A stretch of DNA of 64,000 nt from positions 6,696,001-6,760,000 of the forward strand of contig NC_043000.1 of the NCBI RefSeq assembly GCF_006345805.1. The letters are read 5' to 3'. The stretch is from Octopus sinensis. Lineage: Eukaryota. Both the position numbers and the translations under genes were made by a program. Positions 38,245-52,389 of this stretch are shown piece after piece. Within the stretch, counting starts at the first letter, position 1; the number at the start of each line of letters is the position of its first letter. A model generated the notes under the pieces. It had not been told where the DNA came from. It did no database searches and saw only the letters and a list, made by a program, of their open reading frames with translations.

Positions 38245-38545
38245 TGGCACATGGCTCAGTGGTTAGAGCGTTGAGCTTACGATCGTGAGGTTGTGAGTTC
38301 GATTCTTGGACCGGGCTGTGTGTTGTGTTCTTGAGCAAAACACTTTATTTCATGTTGCTCCAGTTCACTCAACTGTAGAAATGAGTTGTGATGCCACTGG
38401 TGCCAAGCTGTATCAGCCTTTGCCTTTCCTTTGGATAACATCAGTGGTGTGGAGAGGGGAGGCTGGTATGCATGGGCAACTGCTGGTCTCCTATAAACAA
38501 TCTTGCCCGGACTTGTGCCTCGGAGGGTAACTTTCTAGGTGCAAT
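38245..38545 (+). mobile_element. tRNA-derived SINE
   Basis: Head GGCACATGGCTCAGTGGTTAGAGCG...GAGTTCGATTC with A/B boxes. A related copy lies on the minus strand at ~42060-42370. Confidence 0.8.
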
Positions 38546-39940
38546 ACCATGCTTCCAGCGTAAAAGAGGCTATGTACTTCTAGCCAGCACATCTGGTCAG
38601 AACATGAAGGGTTGTCAATACTGCTAAATGCAATAGTTGGAGTAAAACTATGAGTAACATTTTGACCAGTTATATACCATAATTTGTAATATACTGCTTG
38701 ACGAATGTATATATATATATCATCATCATCATCTTTTAATGTCCATTGTCCATGCTGGCATGGACTGGACAGTTTGACCAGGGTTGATAAGCTGAGGGGC
38801 TGCACCACATTCCAGTTTGATTTGGCTCAGATTTTATGGCTGAATGCCCTTCCTAATGCCAACCACTCCGGGAGTGTAGTGGGTGTTTTTGCATGCCACT
38901 GGCATGGGTGCCAGTTGTGTGACACCAGCATCGGCCATGACTACGATTTCACTTGGCTTGATGGGTCTTCTTCTCAAGCACAGCATATTGCCAATGGTGT
39001 CGGCCACTGGCATTACCCACATTACCTATATATATATGATCGATCACTAGCCACTACACATTCTTTATTTTCTCTCCTTGTTTCTTTCTGTGTTCTTTTC
39101 TGTGGAAGAGCATAGGCTCGAAATGTTAGAGACTTTGCAATTCCTGAGCGTTATACTAATACATCTGTTTGTTGTCTACACCACCTGCCTTCGTCTTTTG
39201 TTTTTTTTGTGAATTCTCCCTATATATATATATATATGCTAAACAAGACAATAAAACAAGATTAATTCTTGACTTATTGAGATTATCTTCATTTTCAAAA
39301 AATGTAATCTGGTAATTGTGACTGACTCCAAATAATAACAGGAGCTAATTCCAAGTAGTCAACAGTTCTCTGAAATAAACATGACATCAAAGAAAAGTGG
39401 TCAGTTCCAGTTGCTACCAGATGTTTGAGGTATTTGCTTACCTTCCCTTAAAGCAAAGATAATTTCAGTTCTTTGCCCTTGCCATTCAACTTCATACCAT
39501 TAGCATTTCTGTGTTATTCTCCTTAGCTCATTTTCATTTTAATTATGCAAATAATTCTAGGTCATAAATGGTCATAAATTCTAGGTCATAAAGTCGTGAT
39601 AGGACAATCACTGTGCTGATGATGCCTTGTGGTAGAAACACATCCACAGTTGTCCTCTTGTGTCTAGAAAATAAATGTCTTTTGCTTAATAACATGTTAA
39701 TTACAGAAAATTGTTGAACCATTGAGATTATCTCCCCTTCTCATTCAGAGCCAGTTGCAACTGCCATCAGGCATTCCTTTAACTTCTCTCAAAGTATATA
39801 TAATTTCAATGAACCAAGAATTTATTTGTTATGATATTTGGAATGCCTTTCTTTTTTGCTGTTTATCTTGTCTGAATTCATGCTACTGGCCACTCAGACA
39901 CATTCTCTTGTCACAATTTTGTTTTCCATACATACATACA

Positions 39941-40066
<126 letters not shown>

Positions 40067-41998
40067 TCAAATATACAGATAAAATCCTTGGGTTTTATGT
40101 ACAAGATATATATACATGTATGTATGTATATATATATATATATACATATATATAATATATATATATATACACACACTCTCCTCTCTCTTACTCTCTCTCT
40201 CTTTTTCTCTGCCAATGCACAAAACTCTCAGAACTTGAGAACCAGGAACTTTTCAGTACCCCTCAAATCAGGGCTTCTTTCAGTTTCCATCAACTAAATC
40301 CATTCACAAGGCTTTGGTTGGCCTGGGGTTCTAGTAGAAGGCACTTGCCGAAGGTGCCATGCTGTGGGGATGAACACATAACCATGTGATTTGAAGAGGG
40401 AAGCTCAGGAAGACACGGGGGGGAAATACTGAAGGCCAATCTCAAGATGCTAAGTCTTATGAACGAGGTGACAAAGGACCAAGGTATCTGGCATGTTACT
40501 GCACTCAAGGAGACCTGAGCACCAAGCAGAACTTATAACCTAAAACCACCTTGGTTATGCTTTTCTGTGAAGGGCTCTGCTCCACCCCCTCTTCCATCCT
40601 CTCTGCCCAAACAACCTTCCCCCCCCCTATATCCCATCCCCTAACACTCATTACCTCTCTATCACCTGAGAGAAGCATAAGCCTATACTATATCCCCATT
40701 ACTTCCCCCACCTGCTGTCTCCACCAATCACCTCCTTTCTGCACCTTCTGTCTCCTGTGCTGTTCTCCATCCTTAACACCTTTCTTACCGGCTATCACCC
40801 TCAATACCTATTTATTTACTACCCACAAGGGGCTAAACACAGAGAGGACAAACAAGGACAGACAAACGGATTAAGTCGATTATATCGACCCCAGTGTGTA
40901 ACTGGTACTTATTTAATCAACCTCGAAAGGATGAAAGGCAAAGTCGACTTCGGCAGAATTTGAACTCAGAACAAAATACAGCTACGCATTTCGCCCGGCG
41001 TGCTAACGTTTCTGCCAGCTCGCCGCCTTATATACCCTCAATACCCTCACATATCTACTGCAACCTCTGCCCCCTATATTTCTCTCCAACATTTGCAGCA
41101 GTCACCTCAGTCTTGCCCACCCAGTCCCAACCGCTGTATCACCTCACCTATTCTCACCCCCCCCCCCATTGTCACTGGAGGCCATGTCCTGACGCAACTT
41201 CACCATCATCTCTCTCGTTATTGCTCTCTTTATCTTAGTCTCTAACTCACTCTTCTTTTCTTTTCCAACTGGGGTATCTATGGATCTACTGCAAAACACA
41301 TACCTCTGTCCCTCTATACCTTAATCTCTCAACTGGCACAAAGCCACATCCCCTCAAAACTAGCCCAACCTCCCAGTTGTGGGGTTTTGTCTTGCAAGGT
41401 TTGTTGCCTTGTGAATGAAATTATAGAATATCAATGTTCTCGGGTAAGCATCAATCGGCAGGCGTCGCCTGTTGCCCTCATTTATCATCATTTTCATTTG
41501 TCATTTCATATAACATTATGTCTATGCCCAGGCCGTACCTTCCCTTTATGCCTAATATAATGAATGAATAAAAGGTACTTGGTGACCCTGTCGGTTTGGT
41601 GACCCTGTTGGTGCTGGTGCCACATAAAAAGCACTCAGTACACTCTGTAAAGTGGTTGGCATTTGGAAGGACATCCAGCTGTAGAAACAATGTCAAAACA
41701 GAAAATGAAACCTGATGTAGCTCCCAGCCTTACCAACACTTTTCAATCCATCCAACCCATGCCAGCATGGAAAACAGACGTCATATGATGATGATGATAC
41801 ACACACACACACATACATATATATATCATTTGATGTAAACTGCATATAAAATAAGTTTCTTGCTATGAAGACATGTGATTCAACAGGTTTTACATGCTTT
41901 TTGTTTCCAATGATATTTATCTCTCACTGGATGGAGTACGTTTTTGTTGGTCTTACCTTAATGGAACCCTAAACTATATTCATACATACATACATACA

Positions 41999-42041
<43 letters not shown>

Positions 42042-42385
42042 AATGGAAAACACTCCCTTCAATCATGAATGACCAAAGGATTGCACCATGGGATTCCCTT
42101 CTGAGGCACAAGTCTGGACAAAGTTGTTTATGGAAGACCAGCAGTCACCCACGCATACCAGCCTCCCTTCTCCACACCACCAATGTTATCCAAGGGAAAG
42201 ACAAAGGCCAATTCAGCTTGGCTTTTGCCTTTCACAATTCATTTCTACAGCTAAGTGAACAAGAACAACAGGAAATAAAGTGTTTTGCCCAAGAACACTA
42301 GTCACAGCCCAGTCCAGGAATCAAACTCACTACTTCATGATTGGGAGCTCAAAGCTCTAACCACTGAGCCAAGCCCCTTCACTCT

Positions 42386-42418
<33 letters not shown>

Positions 42419-42421
42419 GTA

Positions 42422-42500
<79 letters not shown>

Positions 42501-42928
42501 AATATATGCATAGATATATGTACATACCTACATCTATATGTATATATACATGCATATGTGGGTACAGGACATCAAAAAAAAAACGTTGAACACAATGAGA
42601 AATGAAAACACAAAAACAAAAACATGGAAACGAACTTTTTTTTCAAACAACAAAAAATCAAAGTACAAGACATACAACACAAGGAATATTCCCCTTCTTC
42701 AGTTGTCCCTGTTTCGTCTACTCCGCGTTTCGAAGACACACACACACACATATTTATATGTATATATATGTACACATACATACCTGCATACATACATACA
42801 TACATACATACATACATACATACATACATACATACATACATACATACATACATACATGCATATGTTTACTTGTAACAATGAAGGACAGTTAAAACAATAA
42901 ATAAAGAGATATTTTAATCTACAATTCT

Positions 42929-43107
42929 TCAAGTTCGTGTCAGACGGAATTCGTCCACCACGGCACTATCTTTACTTCTTATGTACTGAAAATGAAGAGC
43001 TTTGGGGAAAACTTCCATGATAACATGTCCAGTGTCTTTGCCTTTAACGTAGAAAGCTCTCCATTTGGCTTTATTGTAGAAAGATTCATCATTTGGCTCA
43101 GGGTTAC
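42929..43107 (-). CDS. Purple acid phosphatase, terminal coding exon
   Basis: Acceptor TTTATTTGTTTTATTTCCAG|GTAACCCTGAG, phase 1, joins GGA G| to give AGGNPEPNDESFYNKAKWRAFYVKGKDTGHVIMEVFPKALHFQYIRSKDSAVVDEFRLTRT*. This matches the PAP C-terminal domain pattern (GNxE...WxAF...G...VDxFxI). A possible ATTAAA poly(A) signal lies at 42913-42918. Confidence 0.88.
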
Positions 43108-43330
43108 CTGGAAATAAAACAAATAAATTATCATGAGGCTGGCTTGGTGTTATATTTCGGTCAGAGGAAACAAATAAGATCTCAAGCAAAAACATAAATA
43201 ATAAACTTAAAAATAAAATCATTATAATTATAGAAAAGATGATTTAATTTTCATTGAAATCTAATAACTGTTACGGAAATGTACTTGCATAGGAAGTGAC
43301 CTGATCTGAGATCGTGTGCTGGAACGAAAA

Positions 43331-43614
43331 CAATTGCAGTGTGGAAGGTGTTTATAAGCCATTTAAGAAACACAAAAACCGTTCGATTCACTTCAACATT
43401 TAAATTTAATTTACCAAAATATTTTCGTCACTTTGAGACTGCGACCTGTTCATTGACAAAAATCCATGATGCAGCACGGAATTTTGTCAGTGAACAGGTC
43501 GCGGTCTCAAAGTGACGAAAATATTTTGGTAAATTAAACTTAAATGTTGGAGTGAATCTAACGGTTTTTGTGTGTTTCTTAAATGGCTTCTAAACACCTT
43601 CAACGCTGCAATTG
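43331..43614. repeat. Inverted repeat with ~135-bp arms (roughly 90% identical) and a ~12-nt loop, in the last PAP intron
   Basis: CAATTGCAG...GCGACCTGTTCATTGACAAAAATCC pairs with GGAATTTTGTCAGTGAACAGGTCGC...CTGCAATTG; about 9 substitutions and one small indel by manual alignment. Confidence 0.93.
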
Positions 43615-43895
43615 TTCTAATAACTGTCATTGACAGAAATATGTTTGTGCACACACATACACACTTACACATACTTACACACACGCACACAGACACAGAG
43701 ACACACATACACATGCACATATACTATACATTGCATGTGGCTAAGTTCATGGAGTACTGGACAAGCAGAACGGCAAGATGGCTAAGGAATCTAGGAACAT
43801 CGAGAAAGTTACTCATTCTGCTAGAAACAGTAACCAAAACCTTGCCAAAATCTCACTAAAATCAAGCCTATGTTTGTATATATGTACATGCAGTT

Positions 43896-43934
<39 letters not shown>

Positions 43935-44249
43935 GTGTGTGTGTGTGTGCATGTGCTTTTGAGTGAACGAATTATTGATTTTGTGTGTCTTCATTAACTC
44001 TGTCTGAACAAAAATGGTGATGTTGCTTAGGTGCTTCTGTAAAACAAAAGTCCCATTGTTCGGCAGCTTCGTTAGTTTCAATGAGTGATGACCATTGGAA
44101 TGAAAAGTATATTGCTTGGAAAATAAGTAAAACTTGGCAATGGGAAGAGCATTCAGCCATAGGAAATCAGCTTCAATAAGACTCCTCTGATCCATGCAAG
44201 CATAGACAAATGGACATAAAAACAATGATGCATACATATATATATATAT

Positions 44250-44665
44250 ATTCTTTTATTCTTTTACTTACTTCAGTCATTTGACAGTGGCCATGCTGGA
44301 GCACCGCCTTTAGTCGAGCAAATCGACCCCAGGACTTATTCTTTGGAAGCCTAGTACTTATTCTATCAGTCTCTTTTGCTGAACTGCTAAGTTACAGGGA
44401 TGTAAACACATCAGCATCGGTTGTCAAGCGATGTTGTGGGGACAAACACAGATACACAAATGTATACACACACATACATATATATATATATGCATATATA
44501 CAACAGGCTTCTTTCAGTTTCCGTCTACCAAATCCACTCACAAGGCTTTAGTCAGCCCGAGCGTATAGTAGAAGATACTTGACGAAAGTGCCATGCAGTG
44601 GGACTGAACCCGGAACCATGTGGTTGGTAAGCAAGCTACTTACCACACAGCCACTCCTACGTCTA
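44250..44665 (-). mobile_element. SINE family 3, near full length
   Basis: Reverse complement of the 61930/62822 consensus, including the central (TA/CA)n. Confidence 0.85.
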
Positions 44666-45691
44666 CGCCTATATATATAAATATATATATATTCTTTTAT
44701 TCTTTTATGTGTTTCAGTCATTTGATTGCAGCCATGCTGGAGCACCACCTTCAAGGATTCTTTTTAGTTGAAGAAATCAACCTCAGAACTTATTTTTTGT
44801 ATGCCTAGTATTTATTCTATTGGTCTCTTTTGCCAAACTGCTAAGTTATGGGGACATAAACACACCAACATCAGTTGTCAAGCAATGGTGGGGAGGCAAA
44901 CACTGCCACAAAGACACACACACACATAAATATATATACACACACACATATGTATATATATATACAATTACAGCCAACGAATCTACTCAACGCCTTGGCG
45001 ATTGTTGCCTCCCAGATATTTGGAGCAATGGAACAGGAGAGGAGTGTGGTCTTGAGCTAGTCTCAAAAACGGAACTTTGATGTTTTGTATGTTCTGGTGC
45101 TGGAGACACACATGTATATATATGATGTATATTATAAATAAAATATTATATATGCATGTATGAATGCATGTGTGTGTGTGTGTGTGTGCGCGCACACACA
45201 TAATTACATATTATCATCATCATCATCATCATTTAACATGTCTTTCATACTGGCATGGGTTTGACGATTCAGCAGGATCCAATGAGTCAGAAGATTGCAT
45301 CAAGCTCCAATGTCTGCTTTGGAGTGGTTTCCATGTCTGGATGCTCTTCCTAAGACCGATTATGTAACAGAGTCTACCAGGTGTGTATGTGTGTGTATGC
45401 GTTTGTTTTTTGGGGTTTTTTTCTAGCTTGGAGCTGGAAAGACCATAGATCAAACGGGTACTCAGAATACATGTTGGGAAGAGTAGCAGTGCTTATTTGA
45501 AGCAGAGGACCTTACAGAGTGGTCATCTGTTTCCTATTCATACATGATTTGAGGAAGACATGCAGCAAAACAGGAAGCCAAAAGTGATTTGGTAAGAACT
45601 ACAAATGTAGAAGTCCAGGCAGTACATTAGGCACTTAGAGGGTCACCAGGACGCACAAACTCACAGACTAACAGGCATCTGCCGCTATATA

Positions 45692-45738
<47 letters not shown>

Positions 45739-45979
45739 GTAAATACATGCATATGCATGTATACAGACACATACAAACATAGACACGTGGGTGAAGAAGT
45801 TGCTTGAGTTGACGTGGGTGAAAAATGACCCAAAAATGAACTCAGATGCATCCAGGAAACGAATAGCAACAGAAATGGAAAATGTGTGTCTGGAAATATG
45901 GACAAACAAAGATAAACTACACTGGATGCAAATAAACGTAGATATGTTCACATTCGTAGAGGCAGAAATGAATATGCAA

Positions 45980-46023
<44 letters not shown>

Positions 46024-46150
46024 GTGTGTGTGTGTGTATATATATATCCAAACAGATGCATACACATACACTCACACAAGCATGCACACATGCACATACA
46101 CTTACTTTAAACTTACAAATCAAATACGTATATATATATATATACACACA

Positions 46151-46203
<53 letters not shown>

Positions 46204-46527
46204 AATTAAAACAAGGATATAAAATCCTCTTAAAGGGATGGTGTGTATGTATATGTAGATACACAAATACAAATACACACATAAACAAGTGCATGCACAC
46301 ACGCACACACACACACTCACAAATATATGCATGTGTGTATGTATATACATATATATTCGTATAGACAGACAGACAGACAGACAGACAGATAGATAGATAG
46401 ACTGAGAGAGAGACAGACACAGACAAATAGAATACAAAGTAGAAAAGCATAAATTTTACACACACACACAATACACATGCACATACTTATATATACATAC
46501 ATACATACATACATACACACATACATA

Positions 46528-46561
<34 letters not shown>

Positions 46562-49319
46562 TACATAAATACATTACATATGTACAAACAAATATAGTTA
46601 CATAGGTAAAGTAGAAAAACAGTTGTGGGCATAAGTATTTAAAAAGGTCAATACATAGGAATGCTTCTGAGAGTATTGGTGAAATGTCAGGAGAAGAAGA
46701 TAGAGACATAGAACAAGAAATATAGGGTATAGGGGTGGCTGGAATTAATAAAATTAAAATTAAAAACAAAAGAAAAAAGAAGAGAGTAATTGTGATCAGA
46801 AAAAAATAAAGAACTCGTTAAAGGAAATGGGTTGACACAATAAAAATATAATTAAATTCTTCTCAAAAACAATAAAAAAAATAATGAATAAAGGTATTCA
46901 AAAATTGGTATTTTTAGGTAAAGATGAAAATTGGGTGACTAGAAAGTGAGGTACAAATGAAAAGAAGGGAAAAAGGTTAAATTGTTTTGAATGAGGTGAG
47001 AGCAAGGCTGGTTTTAAGCCAATCAAATATATTTGTCTAAATTTGACCCAGCACCAAGAGAGGGCCCTGCACACATGCTGAAGTGGGGGATGCTAACTTG
47101 GATTTTTAGTATATTATTATGGCTAAAGGTGGAGCCTGAAGTCCTCAATGCTTTTTGGTTGGGACTGGCATACCACACAAAGCATAAAACATCAATGTTC
47201 AGCTTTTGTAGAGTAGAGGGCTCCATTGACAATTCTGTAATTAGGCCCCGCACTCCCTAGTGCTGGCCCTGCTTGGCAATTCATTTACCTTGTGGAATAA
47301 TGGTAGTGAGGAATTAAAAGATGTTCCCTTTTGTTTCTACATTTTAGTTGATATACACTGCCTTTATTTCAACTAGTTTTTAAAATAACTTGTGGCAATC
47401 GTTGGCCTGTGGCCATGCTTGAGCATTGCCTTGAAGGGTTTTAGTCAAACAAATCAACCCCAGTATTTATTTTTATAGGATAAGTCTGGTGCTTATCCTA
47501 TAAGTCTCTTTTGCTGAACTTCTAAGACACAGGGGAGTAAACAAGCCAACATCAGTTGTCAATCATGAGTGAGGGCACAAACACAGACAAAAACACAAAC
47601 CCACACAGATGGGATTCCACACAGTTTCCATCTGCCAAATTTTCTCACAAGATACAATGGGATTGAACACAAAACTACACAGTTGTGATGCAAGTTTCTT
47701 AACCACACAACCAGAATTTAGTAAAATAATTTTGTTGCTGGTGTTTGAAACATAAATCAACCTGAAATTTTGATGGAAAGCTTTTATGTATATCACTTTA
47801 CACTTTAGCATTTGAATTGGCCATATTATAAAGATGTTTATTCACTTGACCGGTTTCACTTTTTTAGAAAAAGATTGTCAAAAGTAAAATGTAAAGCTTT
47901 GTATAAGCTTTGTTGTTTTAAGTCCTGGTTCTCACAAAAGTATTAAAATACAGTTATATATTCTTTGATAATAATAAGAAAGTGTTAAAAAAAAGTTTAC
48001 AAGAAAGTATTTAAGAAAGTATTCAGAACGGGACTACAAAAAGTATTATGAGTTCAATAAAAATCATGTTTGTTTGGTAGTATACACAGAAGGAGATATA
48101 TTTCAGAATTGCTACCCAATTAACTAAACCCCAGTTTATATGTGTGTGTGTGTGTAATCCTAGAGGTTACTGTTTTAGTTCTTATCGGTTCTCAATGCTG
48201 GCTAGCCATGGTGAGTGTTGATGAAACTCGAGTTAGTTAAAATTTACTAAACTCGGTTAATCCACACTTGGTAAATCTGAATGTAAATAACAGAATAATG
48301 CAACTTGGATGAGCAACTCTCCATTCTCCTGGTCTTCGTTAATTTCATTATATATATATATAAAAAATGTGTGTGTGTGTGTCTATGTTTTTGATTGCCT
48401 CCAACACTGCTTGACAACTAACATTGGTTTGTTTACATACTAGTAACTTAGCAAAAGAGACTGATAAAATAAGTACCGGGCTTTAAAAAAAGACCTTCAT
48501 GGCAGTGCCCCAGCATGGCCACAGACCAATGACTGAAACAAGTAAAACTATAAAAAATAAGACTGATTTGAAGATTAGTGTAGGATTAAGTGAGTAAAAA
48601 AATAAGTGAGCTGTTAAAGAGATGAAGTAATACCAATGAATGTATGTACAGGTTAATAATACCTGAAAGTTTCATTTTGTTGGTAAGAATGGGAGTAAAT
48701 CAGACAAAGAGAATTAGTCAAGTGGAGCACAAAATAGAATTTAAAGGAACAATCAAAGAGACTTTTAATCATCTTTACTCTACTTTTTCTTGCCTCTCTT
48801 TGTAATAGATTACGTTTGCTTTCAAATCTTCTTCATACATTATCTGAGGATAAGCCTTTTCATTTAACCATTGCAACAGAGTTTATTATGGAATAGCTCT
48901 TTCTACGATAGTCATAAGGCATGAAATTTTGGGAGGAGATGGCTAGTCAGTTACATCAACCCTAGAACTCAACTGGTACATATTTTATCCACCCCAAAGG
49001 GATGAAAAGCAAAGTCAACCTTGCAAAATTTGGACTCAGGCCATAAAACTGGAAGAAATGCCACTAAGCATTATTTTCTGATGTGCTAACAATTCTGCCA
49101 GCTTTCTGTCTTCTATGATGATGTTATGAAACAATTATTAATAGTATGTTTCAACCCTTTGCCTGCACTGTGTATCACATGCAATACACAGGACATATTT
49201 CCCTGATGCCCATGCATCCTATATGATACAAATCTCCCATTTCTTTTTTCAACCATCAGAGTAACTTGCAATTCCATCACATGCCAGAGGGAGAAACTAG
49301 AAGTAGTTAATAGCTTCTG

Positions 49320-49720
49320 CTACCTAAGTGACCAAGTCTGTAGTGGAGGCAGTCGCTCTGAGAGTGTAGGGGTTAGAATAAGAATAGCCTGGGCAAAGTT
49401 TGGGGAGCTCCTACCTCTGCTAGCAATTAAAGGCCTCTCACTCAGGATGAAAGGTAGTATGAAGTTCCATGCTACACAGCAGTGAAACATGGGCCATGAC
49501 TGCTGAGGACATGAGTAGGCTTGAAAGAAATGAAGCTAGTGTGATCCACTGGATGTGTAATATCAGTGTGCATACATGACAGAGTGCAAGTACCCTTAGA
49601 GAAAAGTTGGGTGTGAGAAGCTAGAAATGTGGTATGCAAGAGAGACAACTGTGCTGGTATGGTCACGTGCTACATATGGATGAGGTCAGCTGTGTGAGGA
49701 AGTGCATGTCCGGCCCAGTG
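49320..49720 (+). mobile_element. RTE LINE RT C-terminal fragment, decayed
   Basis: RIRIAWAKFGELLPLL...MLHSSETWAMTAEDMSRLERNEAS...WYGHVLHMDE, with stops. Confidence 0.85.
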
Positions 49721-50435
49721 AAGAGTACCCCATATGCGTCGAGCGATATGGTATACTTGAGAAGACCTGTTGAGTCAATTAAAACCAATATCGTAACTGC
49801 GGCCAGTGCCTCCTGACTGGCTCCTGTGCCTGTGGCATGTAAAAAGCACCATCCGAATGTGGCAGATGCCAGTACCCCCTCACTGGCCCCCATACTGGTA
49901 GCACATAAAAAGCACTATCCAAACATGACCAATGCCAGGCCCGCTTGACTGGCACCAGTGCAGGTGGCACGTAAAAAGCACCCACTACACTCTTTGAGTG
50001 GTTGGCATTAGGAAGGTCATCCAGCTGTAAAAACATTGCCAGATCAGATTGGAGCCTGGTGCAGCCTTCTGGCTCTCCAGACTGCAGTCAAACCGTCCAA
50101 CCCATGCTAGCATGGAAAATAGATGTTAAACGATGATGAGGATGATGATAAAGAATGAGTGTTCATACTAGGTTTGGTGGTAAGCAATGAGTGAAGGAAT
50201 GCTAAATACACATGCCTAGGTAGAGAGAGGAGGAGGAGGAGGAGGCAATACTTATGGAAGCAGTTATACAAATGAAAAATTTGTTTTGATTTTATAATTT
50301 TTGAAGTAATAAATACTTTTCTTTTGAAAATTAGTAATCGTTTCATCATTTTGTAGAAGCACCAAGAAAGTTAATAAAAATCAAATTACAGTTAATGTAT
50401 ATATGCCATATATGCATATACATGCATATATATGT

Positions 50436-50503
<68 letters not shown>

Positions 50504-50718
50504 ACGGGCTTCCACACAGTTTTTATCAACAAAATTCATTCACAACATATTAGTCGGCCCAGGGCCAAAGTGAGGTTTAACCCAAAACTATATAGTTGCA
50601 ACAAAACCAACTTCTTAGTCGCATACCCAGTCCACACACACACACACAATATGGCTCTCAAATCATAAATAATTCCTTTATATAAATCGAAGCATTATAA
50701 AGAGTTTTACTTTCTTAC

Positions 50719-51964
50719 CTCCAGCTCCATTAATTAAATGTACCGGTGCCTTTGGATTATGGTAATTCCAGCTACTAACCACATTGTTTGCAACAGGATA
50801 ACTTCTTTCATAATGGTGTACATGACCACTCACATAAACATCAACATTTTTTTGTACTAGAAGATTTTCCAATGCAGCTCTGAGCTTTGTAGAGAGAGAT
50901 TTGCAACTTATATTTGCATTGTGCGAGCTACAATACAAAGGCCGATGTGCAAGGGCAATAACCCAGGGTACTTTGTCTCTGTTTAAATTCGCTTTGTTCA
51001 GATCATTTTCGAGCCACTGATATTGTATTGAACTTTGGTTTACGTCATGCTCAGTGGAAAACATACTGAAGTGAACACCCATATAATCAAAGGAATACCA
51101 GAATGGAGAGTCAGAGTCGCTTTCCAAGTAGGGCATCCGAAACCAGTTTAGATAAGCACCAAAGTTAAACTGAACTTCATGGTTTCCTGGTAAAACCATA
51201 TATGGAATTCTACTCGTTATTCTTTTTATTTTATTCATATATTCTGTCCATATATACGAATTGTTTCCTTCTCGTTTGCTGAAATTGTCTGCATAGCTGA
51301 TGTCGCCAATATGTATAAGAATCTTCATTTCTAAAGAACGGGTAAAATTCCAAATCGATTCAATTGTTTCATCGCTATTTGTGACACCAAGGTCACCAAC
51401 AATTCCAATCAAATTACGCTTCTCTGATTTGCTATTTACACTGCTAATGTATGAATTTTCAGACTTTGAGACTGTGCAACTATTTACTTCTTTTGGAGTT
51501 TGCATATTTGGTTTTTGTAAACTAAAACTTTGAATTGTGCTCCAGCCATAAGCAGGATCACCACAGACGTAGTAAACAATATCGTATATATTTTCAAATC
51601 TCTCTAATTTTAACACAGCTCTATTTAATGTTAACTGAAACATTCCAGCCGTATATGTGTATGATTTCCCTTGTACTTTACTGGGTGTTTCAGAATGAAT
51701 ATTGCCATAGAGACATGCTGGAGTGAATGAATTATTTATGAAAGGAACAGGAGTCAGCCATATTGCAATCATTTCGTTGTGCCCTTTTAGTGCTAAGTGC
51801 AATCCTTGAACTGGTTCTGAACTTAAAATAATTGGTTCTTTCAAAGGATTAACAACTTTAGGTGACATGTCTGCAAATATTCTGTTTAATTCCTCGTTAT
51901 CAGAAACAAATGTGGTACAACACACAGACCAAAATAAGCTTAAAATGCCAAGTGATAATAACAT
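50719..51964 (-). CDS. Secreted purple acid phosphatase (FN3-like N-domain plus metallophosphoesterase; ACP7/PAPL-like family), main coding exon
   Basis: Signal peptide MLLSLGILSLFWSVCC (ATG at 51964). All five PAP metal-binding motifs are present: GDLG, GDISY, GNHE, IALAH and GHVH. The donor GGAG|GTAAGA is at 50718 and an upstream acceptor TTTATTTTCAAG puts the exon start at 51986. The spliced product is about 474 aa. Confidence 0.93.
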
Positions 51965-52389
51965 TTTTCTATAACTGACTTCCAATCTTGAAAATAAAGG
52001 AAAAACATAGAATTAGACATCTATACATAATGGGCAATACAAAAATATTTATTCATTTCTAATCCAAAACAAATATTTAAATTTTAGTAGTAATAATATG
52101 TGCTGAAAATTATTCTTTCAATTGTTACAATTATATGTGAAATAAATTCAATATTTTTATTTCAAGATTATATATATTTTGCAATTAAATTTCTGGTCTG
52201 CCAAATAGGTGTACACATGTGATTTATAAAGAAATACAAGTCTCAAATTAAGCAAATGTTCAAAAGCTACAGCCAACCTTTCAGCCTATGGTTATTTATA
52301 CCTGTTATATTTCTCTTTACATTAAATACAGCATGGAATCTAAAAATCAAAAATACCAAAGTTCTCAAGGCAGTTCACAGCCCAACACG

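Noticed and set aside
39300-39520. Minus-strand donor (GGAAG|GTAAGC) and acceptor (TTTATTTCAG) pair about 70 nt apart
   Set aside because: Flanking frames hit stops within a few codons in every phase, so no coding model results. A non-coding transcript cannot be assessed from sequence alone.
46900-47260. Possible LINE endonuclease remnant (RGL...KLNIDVLCF) on the minus strand
   Set aside because: Only a short motif-level resemblance, too weak to list as a feature without a profile search.
50678-50718. C-terminal KKVKLFIMLRFI of the 435-aa ORF as the real PAP end
   Set aside because: It starts at a consensus GTAAGA donor and lacks the PAP C-terminal domain, which is supplied in phase by 42929-43107.
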